Source: Eledone cirrhosa
Taxonomy: Eukaryota
Assembly: GCA_964016885.1 (NCBI GenBank)
Contig: OZ024741.1
Coordinates: forward strand, 387,004,001-387,068,000
Length of the DNA stretch: 64,000 nt
Direction: 5' to 3'
The notes under the pieces: generated by a model
The model's input: only the letters and a program-made list of their open reading frames with translations
Told to the model about the DNA's origin: nothing
Databases searched by the model: none
In this document: piece after piece, positions 1 to 14,408 of the stretch
Layout of the letters: each line of letters starts with the position of its first letter
Position numbering within the stretch: the first letter of the stretch is position 1
Position numbers and translations under genes: made by a program

Positions 1-3000
1 CACATACAACAAACAGCGTCACCACTTTTCAGCTAACACTACTGTCACATACAACAAACAGCGCAATCGCCTTTCAGTTAACACCACTGTCACATACAAC
101 AAACAGCGCAACCACTTTTCAGCTAACACCACTGTCACATACATCAAACAACGCCACCCCTTTTCAGCTAACACCACTGTCACATACAACCAACAGCGCC
201 ACCACTTTTCGGCTAACACCACCGTCACATACAACTAACAACACCACCACTTTTCAGCTAACACCACTGTCACATACAACAAACAACGCCACCACTTTTC
301 AGCTAACACCACTGTCACATACAACCAACAGCCCCACCACCTTTCGGCTAACACCACTGTCACATACAACCAACAGCGCCACCACCTTTCGGCTAACACC
401 ACTGTCACATACAACCAACAGCGCCACCTCCTTTCAGCTAACACCACTGTCACATACAACCAACAGCGCCACCTCCTTTCAGCTAACACCACTGTCACAT
501 ACACAAAGAACACCACCACCTTTCAGCTAACACCACTGCCACATACAACAAACAGCGCCACCATCTTTCAGCTAACACCACTGTCACATACAACCAACAG
601 CGCCACCACCTTTCGGTTAACACCACTGTCACATACAACAAACAGCGCCACCACCTTTCGGTTAACACCACTGTCACATACAACAAACAGCGCCACCACC
701 TTTCAGCTAACACCACTGTCACATACAACCAAGAACGCCACCACCTTTCAGCTAACACCACTGTCACATACAACAAACAGCGCCACCACCTTTCGGTTAA
801 CACTACTGTCACATACAACAAACAGCGCCACCACCTTTCAACTAACACCACTGTCACATACAACCAACAACGCCACCACCTTTCAGCTAACACCACTGTC
901 ACATACAACAAACAGCGCCACCACCTTTCGGTTAACACTACTGTCACATACAACAAACAGCGCCATCACCTTTCAGCTAACACCACTGTCACATACAACC
1001 AACAGCGCCACCACCTTTCAGCTAACACCACTGTCACATACAACCAATAACGCCACCACCTTTCAGCTAACACCACTGTCACATACAACAAACAACGCCA
1101 CCACTTTTCAGCTAACACCACTGTCACATACGACCAACAACGCCACCACCTTTCGGCTAACACCACTGTCACATACAACAAACAACACCACCAACTTTCA
1201 GCTAACACCACTGTCACATACAACCAACAGCGCCACCACCTTTCAGCTAACACCACTGTCACAAACACAAAGAACACCACCACCTTTCGGCTAACACCAC
1301 TGTCACATACAACCAACAGCGCCACCTCCTTTCAGCTAACACCACTGTCACATACACAAAGAACACCACCACCTTTCAGCTAACACCACTGTCACATACA
1401 ACCAACAGCGCCACCACCTTTCAGCTAACACCACTGTCACATACAACCAACAGCGCCACCTCCTTTCAGCTAACACCACTGTCAAATACACAAAGAACAT
1501 CACCACCTTTCAGCTAACACCACTGTCACATACAACAAACAACGCCACCACTTTTCAGCTAACACCACTGTCACATACAACAAACAGCGCCACCAACTTT
1601 CGGTTAACACCACTGTCACATACAACAAACAGCGTCACCACTTTTCAGCTAACACCACTGTCACATACAACAAACAGCGCAATCACCTTTCGGTTAACAC
1701 CACTGTCACATACAACAAACAGCGCAACCACTTTTCAGCTAACACCACTGTCACATACATCAAACAACGCCACCCCTTTTCAGCTAACACCACTGTCACA
1801 TACAACCAACAGCGCCACCACTTTTCAGCTAACACCACTGTCACATACAACAAACAACGCCACCACTTTTCAGCTAACACCACTGTCACATACAACCAAC
1901 AGCGCCACCACCTTTCGGCTAACACCACTGTCACATACAACCAACAGCGCCACCACCTTTCGGCTAACACCACTGTCACATACAACCAACAGCGCCACCT
2001 CCTTTCAGCTAACACCACTGTCACATACAACCAACAGCGCCACCACCTTTCAGCTAACACCACTGTCACATACAAACAACAGCGCCACCTCCTTTCAGCT
2101 AACACCACTGTCACATACACAAAGAACACCATCACCTTTCAGCTAACACCACTGTCACATACAACAAACAGCGCCACCATCTTTCAGCTAACACCACTGT
2201 CACATACAACCAACAGCGCCACCACCTTTCAGCTAACACCACTGTCACATACAACAAACAACACCACCAACTTTCAGCTAACACCACTGCCACATACAAC
2301 CAACAGCGCCACCACATTTCGACTAACACCACTGTCACATACAACAAACAACGCCACCACTTTTCAGCTAACACCACTGTCACATACAACCAACAACGCC
2401 ACCACCTTTCAGCTAACACCACTGTCACATACAACCAACAGCGCCACCACCTTTCGGTTAACACCACTGTCACATACAACAAACAGCGCCACCACCTTTC
2501 AGCTAACACCGCTGTCACATACAACAAACAACGCCACCACTTTTCAGCTAACACCACTGTCACATACAACCAACAACGCCACCACCTTTCGGCTAACACC
2601 ATTGTCACATACAACAAACAGCGCCACCATATTTCAGCTAACACCACTGTCACATACAACCAACAGCGCCACCACCTTTCAGCTAACACCACTGTCACAT
2701 ACAACAAACAACGCCACCACCTTTCAGCTAACACCACTGTCACATACAACCAACAGCGCCACCACCTTTCAGCTAACACCACTGTCACATACAACAAACA
2801 ACACCACCAACTTTCAGCTAACACCACTGCCACATACAACCAACAGCGCCACCACCTTTCAGCTAACACCACTGTCACATACAACAAACAGCGCCACCAC
2901 TTTTCAGCTAACACCACTGTCACATACAACCAACAGCGCCACCACCTTTCGGCTAACACCACTGTCACATACAACAAACAACGCCACCACCTTTCGGCTA

Positions 3001-6000
3001 ACACCACTGTCACATACAACCAACAACGCCACCACCTTTCAGCTAACACCACTGTCACATACAACCAACAATGCCACCACCTTTCGGTTAACACCACTGT
3101 CACATACAACCAACAACGCCACCACCTTTCAGCTAACACCACTGTCACATACAACAAACAACGCCACCACTTTTCAGCTAACACCACTGTCACATACAAC
3201 AAACAACGCCACCACTTTTCAGCTAACACCACTGTCACATACAACCAACAGCGCCACCTCCTTTCAGCTAACACCACTGTCACATACAACCAACAGCGCC
3301 ACCTCCTTTCGGCTAACACCACTGTCACATACAACCAACAACGCCACCACCTTTCAGTTAACACCACTGTCACATACAACCAACAACGCCACCACCTTTC
3401 AGTTAACACCACTGTCACATACAACAAACAATGCCACCACTTTTCAGCTAACACCACTGTCACATACAACCAACAGCGCCACCACTTTTCAGCTAACACC
3501 ACTGTCACATACAACCAACAGCGCCACCTCCTTTCAGCTAACACCACTGTCACATACAACAAACAGCGCCACCACCTTTCGGCTAACACCACTGTCACAT
3601 ACAACCAACAGCGCCACCTCCTTTCAGCTAACACCACTGTCACATACAACCAACAACGCCACCACCTTTCAGCTAACACCACTGTCACATACAACAAACA
3701 GCGCCACCACTTTTCAGCTATCACCACTGTCACATACACAAAGAACACCACCACCTTTCGGCTAACACCACTGTCACGTACAACCAACAGCGCCACCTCC
3801 TTTCAGCTAACACCACTGTCACATACACAAAGAACACCACCACCTTTCAGCTAACACCACTGTCACATACAACCAACAACACCACCACCTTTCAGCTAAC
3901 ACCACTGTCACATACAACCAACAGCGCCAGCACCTTTCAGCTAACACCACTGTCACATACAACAAACAACGCCACCACCTTTCGGTTAACACCACTGTCA
4001 CATACAACCAACAGCGTCACCACTTTTCAGCTAACACCACTGTCACATACAACAAACAGCGCCACCACCTTTCGGTTAACACCACTGTCACATACTACAA
4101 ACAACGCCACCACTTTTCAGCTAACACCACTGTCACATACAACCAACAGAGCCTCCACCTTTCGGCTAACACCACTGTCACATACAACCAACAGCGCCAC
4201 CTCCTTTCAGCTAACACCACTGTCACATACAACCAACAGCGCCAGCAACTTTCGGCTAACACCACTGTCACATACAACCAACAACGCCACCACCTTTCGG
4301 CTAACACCACTGTCACATACAACCAACAACGCCACCACCTTTCAGCTAACACCACTGTCACATACAACCAACAGCGCCACCACCTTTCGGCTAACACCAC
4401 TGTCACATACAACCAACAGCGCCACCTCCTTTCTGCTAACACCACTGTCACATACAACCAACAACGCCACCACCTTTCAGCTAACACCACTGTCACATAC
4501 AACCAACAGCGCCAGCACCTTTCAGCTAACACCACTGTCACATACAACAAACAACGCCACCACCTTTCGGTTAACACCACTGTCACATACAACCAACAGC
4601 GTCACCACTTTTCAGCTAACACCACTGTCACATACAACAAACAGCGCCACCACCTTTCGGTTAACACCACTGTCACATACTACAAACAACGCCACCACTT
4701 TTCAGCTAACACCACTGTCACATACAACCAACAGAGCCTCCACCTTTCGGCTAACACCACTGTCACATACAACCAACAGCGCCACCTCCTTTCAGCTAAC
4801 ACCACTGTCACATACAACCAACAGCGCCAGCAACTTTCGGCTAACACCACTGTCACATACAACCAACAACGCCACCACCTTTCGGCTAACACCACTGTCA
4901 CATACAACCAACAACGCCACCACCTTTCAGCTAACACCACTGTCACATACAACCAACAGCGCCACCTCCTTTCAGCTAACACCACTGTCACATACAACCA
5001 ACAGCGCCACCTCCTTTCGGCTAACACCACTGTCACATACAACCAACAACGCCACCACCTTTCAGTTAACACCACTGTCACATACAACCAACAACGCCAC
5101 CACCTTTCAGTTAACACCACTGTCACATACAACAAACAATGCCACCACTTTTCAGCTAACACCACTGTCACATACAACCAACAGCGCCACCACTTTTCAG
5201 CTAACACCACTGTCACATACAACCAACAGCGCCACCTCCTTTCAGCTAACACCACTGTCACATACAACAAACAGCGCCACCACCTTTCGGCTAACACCAC
5301 TGTCACATACAACCAACAGCGCCACCTCCTTTCAGCTAACACCACTGTCACATACAACCAACAACGCCACCACCTTTCAGTTAACACCACTGTCACATAC
5401 AACAAACAATGCCACCACTTTTCAGCTAACACCACTGTCACATACAACCAACAGCGCCACCACTTTTCAGCTAACACCACTGTCACATACAACCAACAGC
5501 GCCACCTCCTTTCAGCTAACACCACTGTCACATACAACCAACAACGCCACCACCTTTCAGCTAACACCACTGTCACATACAACAAACAGCGCCACCACTT
5601 TTCAGCTATCACCACTGTCACATACACAAAGAACACCACCACCTTTCGGCTAACACCACTGTCACGTACAACCAACAGCGCCACCTCCTTTCAGCTAACA
5701 CCACTGTCACATACACAAAGAACACCACCACCTTTCAGCTAACACCACTGTCACATACAACCAACAACACCACCACCTTTCAGCTAACACCACTGTCACA
5801 TACAACCAACAGCGCCAGCACCTTTCAGCTAACACCACTGTCACATACAACAAACAACGCCACCACCTTTCGGTTAACACCACTGTCACATACAACCAAC
5901 AGCGTCACCACTTTTCAGCTAACACCACTGTCACATACAACAAACAGCGCCACCACCTTTCGGTTAACACCACTGTCACATACTACAAACAACGCCACCA

Positions 6001-9000
6001 CTTTTCAGCTAACACCACTGTCACATACAACCAACAGAGCCTCCACCTTTCGGCTAACACCACTGTCACATACAACCAACAGCGCCACCTCCTTTCAGCT
6101 AACACCACTGTCACATACAACCAACAGCGCCAGCAACTTTCGGCTAACACCACTGTCACATACAACCAACAACGCCACCACCTTTCGGCTAACACCACTG
6201 TCACATACAACCAACAACGCCACCACCTTTCAGCTAACACCACTGTCACATACAACCAACAGCGCCACCACCTTTCGGCTAACACCACTGTCACATACAA
6301 CCAACAGCGCCACCTCCTTTCGGCTAACACCACTGTCACATACAACCAACAACGCCACCACCTTTCAGCTAACACCACTGTCACATACAACCAACAGCGC
6401 CAGCACCTTTCAGCTAACACCACTGTCACATACAACAAACAACGCCACCACCTTTCGGTTAACACCACTGTCACATACAACCAACAGCGTCACCACTTTT
6501 CAGCTAACACCACTGTCACATACAACAAACAGCGCCACCACCTTTCGGTTAACACCACTGTCACATACTACAAACAACGCCACCACTTTTCAGCTAACAC
6601 CACTGTCACATACAACCAACAGAGCCTCCACCTTTCGGCTAACACCACTGTCACATACAACCAACAGCGCCACCTCCTTTCAGCTAACACCACTGTCACA
6701 TACAACCAACAGCGCCAGCAACTTTCGGCTAACACCACTGTCACATACAACCAACAACGCCACCACCTTTCGGCTAACACCACTGTCACATACAACCAAC
6801 AACGCCACCACCTTTCAGCTAACACCACTGTCACATACAACCAACAGCGCCACCTCCTTTCAGCTAACACCACTGTCACATACAACCAACAGCGCCACCT
6901 CCTTTCGGCTAACACCACTGTCACATACAACCAACAACGCCACCACCTTTCAGTTAACACCACTGTCACATACAACCAACAACGCCACCACCTTTCAGTT
7001 AACACCACTGTCACATACAACAAACAATGCCACCACTTTTCAGCTAACACCACTGTCACATACAACCAACAGCGCCACCACTTTTCAGCTAACACCACTG
7101 TCACATACAACCAACAGCGCCACCTCCTTTCAGCTAACACCACTGTCACATACAACAAACAGCGCCACCACCTTTCGGCTAACACCACTGTCACATACAA
7201 CCAACAGCGCCACCTCCTTTCAGCTAACACCACTGTCACATACAACCAACAACTCCACCACCTTTCAGCTAACACCACTGTCACATACAACAAACAGCGC
7301 CACCACTTTTCAGCTATCACCACTGTCACATACACAAAGAACACCACCACCTTTCGGCTAACACCACTGTCACGTACAACCAACAGCGCCACCTCCTTTC
7401 AGCTAACACCACTGTCACATACACAAAGAACACCACCACCTTTCAGCTAACACCACTGTCACATACAACCAACAACACCACCACCTTTCAGCTAACACCA
7501 CTGTCACATACAACCAACAGCGCCAGCACCTTTCAGCTAACACCACTGTCACATACAACAAACAACGCCACCATCTTTCGGTTAACACCACTGTCACATA
7601 CAACCAACAGCGTCACCACTTTTCAGCTAACACCACTGTCACATACAACAAACAGCGCCACCACCTTTCGGTTAACACCACTGTCACATACTACAAACAA
7701 CGCCACCACTTTTCAGCTAACACCACTGTCACATACAACCAACAGAGCCTCCACCTTTCGGCTAACACCACTGTCACATACAACCAACAGCGCCACCTCC
7801 TTTCAGCTAACACCACTGTCACATACAACCAACAGCGCCAGCAACTTTCGGCTAACACCACTGTCACATACAACCAACAACGCCACCACCTTTCGGCTAA
7901 CACCACTGTCACATACAACCAACAACGCCACCACCTTTCAGCTAACACCACTGTCACATACAACCAACAGCGCCACCACCTTTCGGCTAACACCACTGTC
8001 ACATACAACCAACAGCGCCACCTCCTTTCAGCTAACACCACTGTCACATACAACCAACAGCGCCACCACATTTCAGCTAACACCACTGTCACATACAACC
8101 AACAACACCACCACCTTTCGGCTAACACCACTGTCACATACAACCAACAGCGCCACCACTTTCGGCTAACACCACTGTCACATACAACCAACAGCGCCAC
8201 CTCCTTTCAGCTAACACCACTGTCACATACAACCAACAGCGCCACCACATTTCAGCTAACACCACTGTCACATACAACCAACAACACCACCACCTTTCGG
8301 CTAACACCACTGTCACATACAACCAACAGCGCCACCACTTTCGGCTAACACCACTGTCACATACAACCAACAGCGCACCGCCTTTCGGCTAACACCACTG
8401 TCACATACAACAAACAGCGCCACCAACTTTCAGCTAACACCACTGTCACATACAACAAACAGCGCTACCTCCTTTCAGCTAACACCACTGTCACATACAA
8501 CAAACAGCGCCACCACCTTTCGGCTAACACCACTGTCACATACAACCAACAGCGCCACCACCTTTCGGCTAACACCACTCTCACATACAACAAACAGCGC
8601 CACCACCTTTCGGTTAACACCACTCTCACATACAACCAACAGCGCCACCACCTTTCGGTTAACACCACTGTCACATACAACCAACAACGCCACCACCTTT
8701 CGGCTAACACCACTGTCACATACAGCCAACAGCGCCACCACCTTTCAGCTAACACCACTGTCACATACAACAAACAGCCCCACCACCTTTCGGTTAACAC
8801 CACTGTCACATACAACAAACAGCGCCACCACTTTTCAGCTAACACCACTGTCACATACAACAAACAACGCCACCACTTTTCCGCTAACACCACTGTCACA
8901 TACAACAAACAGCGCCACCTCCTTTCGGTTAACACCACTGTCACATACAACAAACAGCGCCACCACCTTTCGGCTAACACCACTGTCACATACAACAAAC

Positions 9001-10660
9001 AGCGCCACCACTTTTCAGCTAACACCACTGTCACATACAACAAACAACGCCACCACTTTTCCGCTAACACCACTGTCACATACAACAAACAGCTCCACCT
9101 CCTTTCGGTTAACACCACTGTCACATACAACAAACAGCGCCACCACCTTTCGGCTAACACCACTGTCACATACAACCAACAGCGCCACCACCTTTCGGTT
9201 AACACCACTGTCACATACAACAAACAGCGCCACCACCTTTCGGCTAACACCACTGTCACATACAACCAACAGCGCCACCACCTTTCGGCTAACACCACTG
9301 TCACATACAACCAACAGCGCCACCACCTTTCGGTTAACACCACTGTCACATACAACAAACAGCGCCACCACTTTTCAGCTAACACCACTGTCACATACAA
9401 CAAACAACGCCACCACTTTTCCGCTAACACCACTGTCACATACAACAAACAGCGCCACCTCCTTTCGGTTAACACCACTGTCACATACAACAAACAGCGC
9501 CACCTCCTTTCGGTTAACACCACTGTCACATACAACAGACAACGCCACCACTTTTCCGCTAACACCACTGTCACATACAACAAACAGCGCCACCACCTTT
9601 CGGTTAACACCACTGTCACATACAACAAACAGCGCCACCACCTTTCGGCTAACACCACTGTCACATACAACCAACAGCGCCACCACCTTTCGGTTAACAC
9701 CACTGTCACATACAACAAACAACGCCACCACTTTTCCGCTAACACCACTGTCACATACAACAAACAGCGCCACCACCTTTCGGTTAACACCACTGTCACA
9801 TACAACAAACAGCGCCACCACCTTTCGGCTAACACCACTGTCACATACAACCAACAGCGCCACCACCTTTCGGTTAACACCACTGTCACATACAACAAAC
9901 AGCGCCACCACCTTTCGGCTAACACCACTGTCACATACAACCAACAGCGCCACCACCTTTCGGTTAACACCACTGTCACATACAACAAACAACGCCACCA
10001 CTTTTCCGCTAACACCACTGTCACATACAACAAACAGCGCCACCACCTTTCGGTTAACACCACTGTCACATACAACAAACAACGCCACCACTTTTCCGCT
10101 AACACCACTGTCACATACAACAAACAGCGCCACCACCTTTCAGCTAACACCACTGTCACATACAACAAACAGCGCCACCACCTTTCGGTTAACACCACTG
10201 TCACATACAACAAACAGCGCCACCACCTTTCGGTTAACACCACTGTCACATACAACAAACAACGCCACCACTTTTCCGCTAACACCACTGTCACATACAA
10301 CAAACAGCGCCACCACCTTTCAGCTAACACCACTGTCACATACAACAAACAGCGCCACCACCTTTCGGTTAACACCACTGTCACATACAACAAACAGCGC
10401 CACCACCTTTCGGTTAACACCACTGTCACATACAACAAACAGCGCCACCACCTTTCGGCTAACACCACTGTCACATACAACCAACAGCGCCACCACCTTT
10501 CGGTTAACACCACTGTCACATACAACAAACAGCGCCACCACCTTTCGGCTAACACCACTGTCACATACAACAAACAGCGCCACCACCTTTCGGCTAACAC
10601 CACTGTCACATACAACCAGCAACACCACCTCCTTTCAGCTAACACCACTGTCACATACAT
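1..10660. repeat. 45-bp tandem satellite/minisatellite, about 237 units, open at window start
   Basis: Consensus CACATACAAC(C/A)AACAGCGCCACCACCTTTC(A/G)G(C/T)TAACACCACTGT repeated continuously; occasional 44-bp units shift the frames; ends at about 10660. Confidence 0.98.
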
Positions 10661-10714
10661 TACTACAACTTACAGGTCAATCTGAAGTAAAGCAACACAG
10701 CACCCTCATTATTG

Positions 10715-10789
<75 letters not shown>

Positions 10790-11235
10790 TTACAACTAAT
10801 GACCAGTACTACAACCAAGACGACTAAAACTAGCACAACCATCACCACCATCATTACTACTACCAACACCACCTCCACCACTACCACTGCCACCAACACC
10901 ACTACTACTACCAATACACCTGCACCACTACCAGCGCCACTACTACCTCCACCACCCCCGCCAACACCCACCACTGCTATTACCGCCACCACCACTACTA
11001 CTATAAACATCACCACCAACACCACTACTACTTCCAGCATCATCACCACCCCTACCATCGCCACCAACACCACTACTACTACCAACATCTCCACCACCTC
11101 TACCACCGCCACCACCATCACTACTACTACCAACACCACTACTACCTCTACCACCATTATCACCATCTCAACAACCAATATCACCACTACCACCACCTGC
11201 ACCAGTCCTACAACAACAAACACTACCACTGTCAC
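10715..11235. repeat. (CA)n microsatellite followed by an ACC/ACT-rich low-complexity tract
   Basis: (CA)n at 10715-10789, then degenerate ACC/ACT triplets to about 11235. Confidence 0.9.
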
Positions 11236-11925
11236 TCTAATCCGATTAGATACATAAATGTGAATGTATGTGTGCAAGTGCTACAGGAAATATGAAATCC
11301 AGTACAACCTGTTATATGATTGTGTGTGTCTTTAGAGATTAAACTGGTACCCCCATAAAACTAATGTTGTGAGGAGGGTTGCTAGAAACCTACCACAGAC
11401 CTGTCAACTCTCCTCGTGGGTGAGAGGTGTCTTCTCTTGTGAAAATCGGTATAGCTTTCATTATGTAAAATCTCCCCATTTTGCCTCATTTCTCCCCGTT
11501 ATGGGGCATTTTTTTCATGGTACTCCCCGTTTGGGTTTTTATAGGTTGGCAGTTCTGCTACCATGCCATCGGTACAAGACTCTTGGGGTTGTTGTAGGGA
11601 CGCCATCGTGTCTTCAGTATTTAAATATGGCGGAACCCATACCTCTCCAGAACAACAGTCAGTACGTCTTAGACTCTATATTTCCTCTCGGCCATTCTAC
11701 TACACACATTTCTTTTTTATTCATCATCATCATCATACTTCGACTCCTCTGTGGGCAATCGGAACTCTCTTGACAATCCCTTTCCATGCTGTTCGGTCTT
11801 ACATTGCTGTCCTCAGCCCCCTTATGTCCAACCCTGAGTCCCGGGCTATGGCGTCTGGGAAAGTCAGTTTTCGTGAATAGACACTGTAATACGAGTGATA
11901 TAATTACATTACTAATTTAACATAT

Positions 11926-12115
11926 GCGGTGGATTGGCAGTATCGGTAAAGGGTCGGACACCATGCTTTGACGCATAGAGTTACGGCCCTTGCCATTCTG
12001 AATTCAAATCCTGCCGAGATTAACTTTGTCTTTCATCCTTACAGGGTCGATAAAATAAAGTACCAGTAATGCAATGAGTAATTGCTGGCCTTGTGCCAAA
12101 AGTAGAAACAATTAT
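11926..12115 (+). mobile_element. tRNA-derived SINE
   Basis: A-box-like TGGCAGTATCGG, B-box-like ATTCAAATCC, then CTTTGTCTTTCATCCTTACAGGGTCGATAAAATAAAGTACCAG; related minus-strand copies at about 17170-17330 and 25975-26060. Confidence 0.7.
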
Positions 12116-12782
12116 TAATTTAACATATATTTATATATTTTCTATTCGCGCTTTGTTCGACGACTTCGTTTTTTATCTAGGTGCTTTGGCTTCGTTCTCC
12201 TGCATAAGTCCTTTTATCTCCCCCGAACAGTGTTAAAATAGTTTTTAATATTGTTGTATAAGACATGCGAAACTGCAATGATGTCCGATAGACAACTGAT
12301 TATGTAATCCGTATTTTCATTTCCCATATTCCCTTTGGTGTTTTTGTGCCATTTTGCTTTATTATATACTAGCATTAAAGCTCGGGGTCATTAAGTTACC
12401 AAAGTTAGGTTGCACCACCCATTTTATAGCAGCACTTTTTTGTCTGCCGGGCACTGGGTGAATGAATTGTAGACCTGGAAGCAGGAGCTGCGCCAGCAGT
12501 GACAATTGTAGTTTCGCCTATGGATATTATCTCTGTGCAAAAAAGTGTTGAAATTTATTGTTTCACAGTACTTGCGCAACACGCGCGTAGACGATGCCAG
12601 CCGAACAACAGAGCTGCGATGGAGTTGTTCTGCATGGTTGTCTGTGTGTTTTCTAAATTTAAGACAGTATGGAGGGTTGTGATATGAGGGAGAGTTAGCT
12701 GTTGTTTCTAGCAGGTTTAGTGACCTCATAGAGGATATGTGTTTTCTAAAGTTAAGACAGTAGGGAGTGGTGTGATATTTAT

Positions 12783-12863
12783 TAAATAACAGATTAAAGT
12801 TTAAGCAAAGAATCGCTGCTTTCACCCTTAACGGGGTCTTCTGAAACTTTAATCTGTTATTTA
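12783..12863 (-). ncRNA. Type-I hammerhead-ribozyme-like motif, CAGAAGA core, 20-bp stem I
   Basis: Minus strand: TAAATAACAGATTAAAGTTT-CAGAAGA-CCCCGTTAAGGGT-GAAA-GCAGCGATTCTTTGC-TT-AAACTTTAATCTGTTATTTA. Related copies at about 45404 and 52157. Confidence 0.6.
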
Positions 12864-12901
<38 letters not shown>

Positions 12902-12936
12902 TTATAAGAATCAAAGAACTGTTCAAAACATGTTTA

Positions 12937-12983
12937 TGCTTACAACTGTTTCCTCCAAACCGAGGTTTGAGTTCTTCGGAGCA
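12937..12983 (-). ncRNA. Minimal type-I hammerhead-like motif (CCGAAGA core) downstream of the Penelope-like ORF
   Basis: Minus strand: TGCT-CCGAAGA-ACTCAAACCTCGGTTTGGAG-GAAA-CAGTTG-TA-AGCA; near-palindromic stem III; same strand as the ORF at 14409-16034. Confidence 0.6.
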
Positions 12984-14408
12984 ATTTATTATTGAATGAA
13001 CACTTATATGACCTCCTTTTCACCCGAGAGACATACAGATACATATGCAAATATTGTGGGTCAACATTCATTACAGCATTTAGTGTGGCAGTACACATTT
13101 AGAGATTACATTCATATTAAAAGATACAATCAAAAATACAGGTTAAAATACAACATGAAATTAAGCGGTTATAGAGTGCAATGGTTATATGTGTGGCAAG
13201 CACGTGCGTCTTGTTTATATAGTGTGGCAGAGAGTTACGTGTAATAGAAGCACTTAAGCAGGTAATCAAGAGTGTTAAGGGGGTTGATCTGGTAATGAAT
13301 TCTTTATATGATTGTTATAGCCTGTGTGTGGAGAAATAATATAAGTATTAAAAATAATGTAAGCATTAAAAATATTGGAAATGCGTAGCGAAGCGATGAT
13401 ATGGATTTCATGCACTGCGACAATTTCATAGTCTGGGGAGCGTATTTTTCAGATTATATGCCCCTCACATAATCCACGACGATTCGATATTGGGCGTTTG
13501 ACAATCCAGTTAGAGAATCGTAGTCTGATGTTCTTTAGCTCAATACAGGAGGATGTTACGTTGCGAGAATCGACATCGAAATATTACCCGGAAGTGTGTG
13601 TGTGGCTAAGGGGAGTTAATGCATGAGGGGAGGTAACTCAGTGGTTTCTATTACTAACTATTAAATTGTGTCTCAAAATAGTCCCTAACTTATATGGTTA
13701 TGCGCAGTTTCTAAAATATTTCTAAAAATTTAAAGTGTTTTAACTATAAAGTAGTCTATTGAGTTGTGCTGAAGGTGTTCTTATTATGGTGATTATCCTC
13801 CATCGTAGAGTGCCACAAATGAATATTATACACGACGAGCGAGATTTCTAAATTAATGATCACTGTGATTGTAGTCTACTCAAAGAACCATGCAAGGTGA
13901 TTGCAGAATCACTTCAACACACAATGATCCCTGGTAAGTTCCGGGTCAGTGCATGCTATATTGGATGTCGAAAGATAATCATCACCAGGGGTCAATCCAC
14001 ACTCCTCATGTCTCCAATCTGACCATCAAATCATACATATATGTACAACCCATACGCCACTTGCAATACATTCACTGCACTCAGCATACCGGTCGTACAG
14101 CTCATCAACGTTACTAGATTAATTAGTCTTCCATTTATCCAACGATGGCACTTCCTCCGCATAGCACCAACAATACAATCAATTCAATGCTTAAATTTTA
14201 CATTAACTATAAAGTGGTGTAGTGCAGTTCAAGCAACTGGAAGTAGTCACACCTAAAGTAGAAGTACAAAGGGGTATTCCCACTGTGAAGGGTTCTAGAG
14301 GAATGTCCCGATTTGTGTTATATTAGATCAATGAGTGTGGGGATGTGGTATAAGGTGTGCCCCTGGTGTTTGATGCTAGAGGTGGTGTCTGGTTCAAGTC
14401 CGACATTG

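Noticed and set aside
19-10660. Long minus-strand ORFs (YVTVVLAERWWRCLL)n
   Set aside because: By-products of a stop-free 45-bp unit; broken by frameshifting units; no unique domains.
1-10660. CRISPR-like array
   Set aside because: Units are contiguous with no unique spacers; no cas genes; eukaryotic context.
10663-11277. Thr-rich and Val-rich ORFs
   Set aside because: Microsatellite and low-complexity translation without credible start or splice context.
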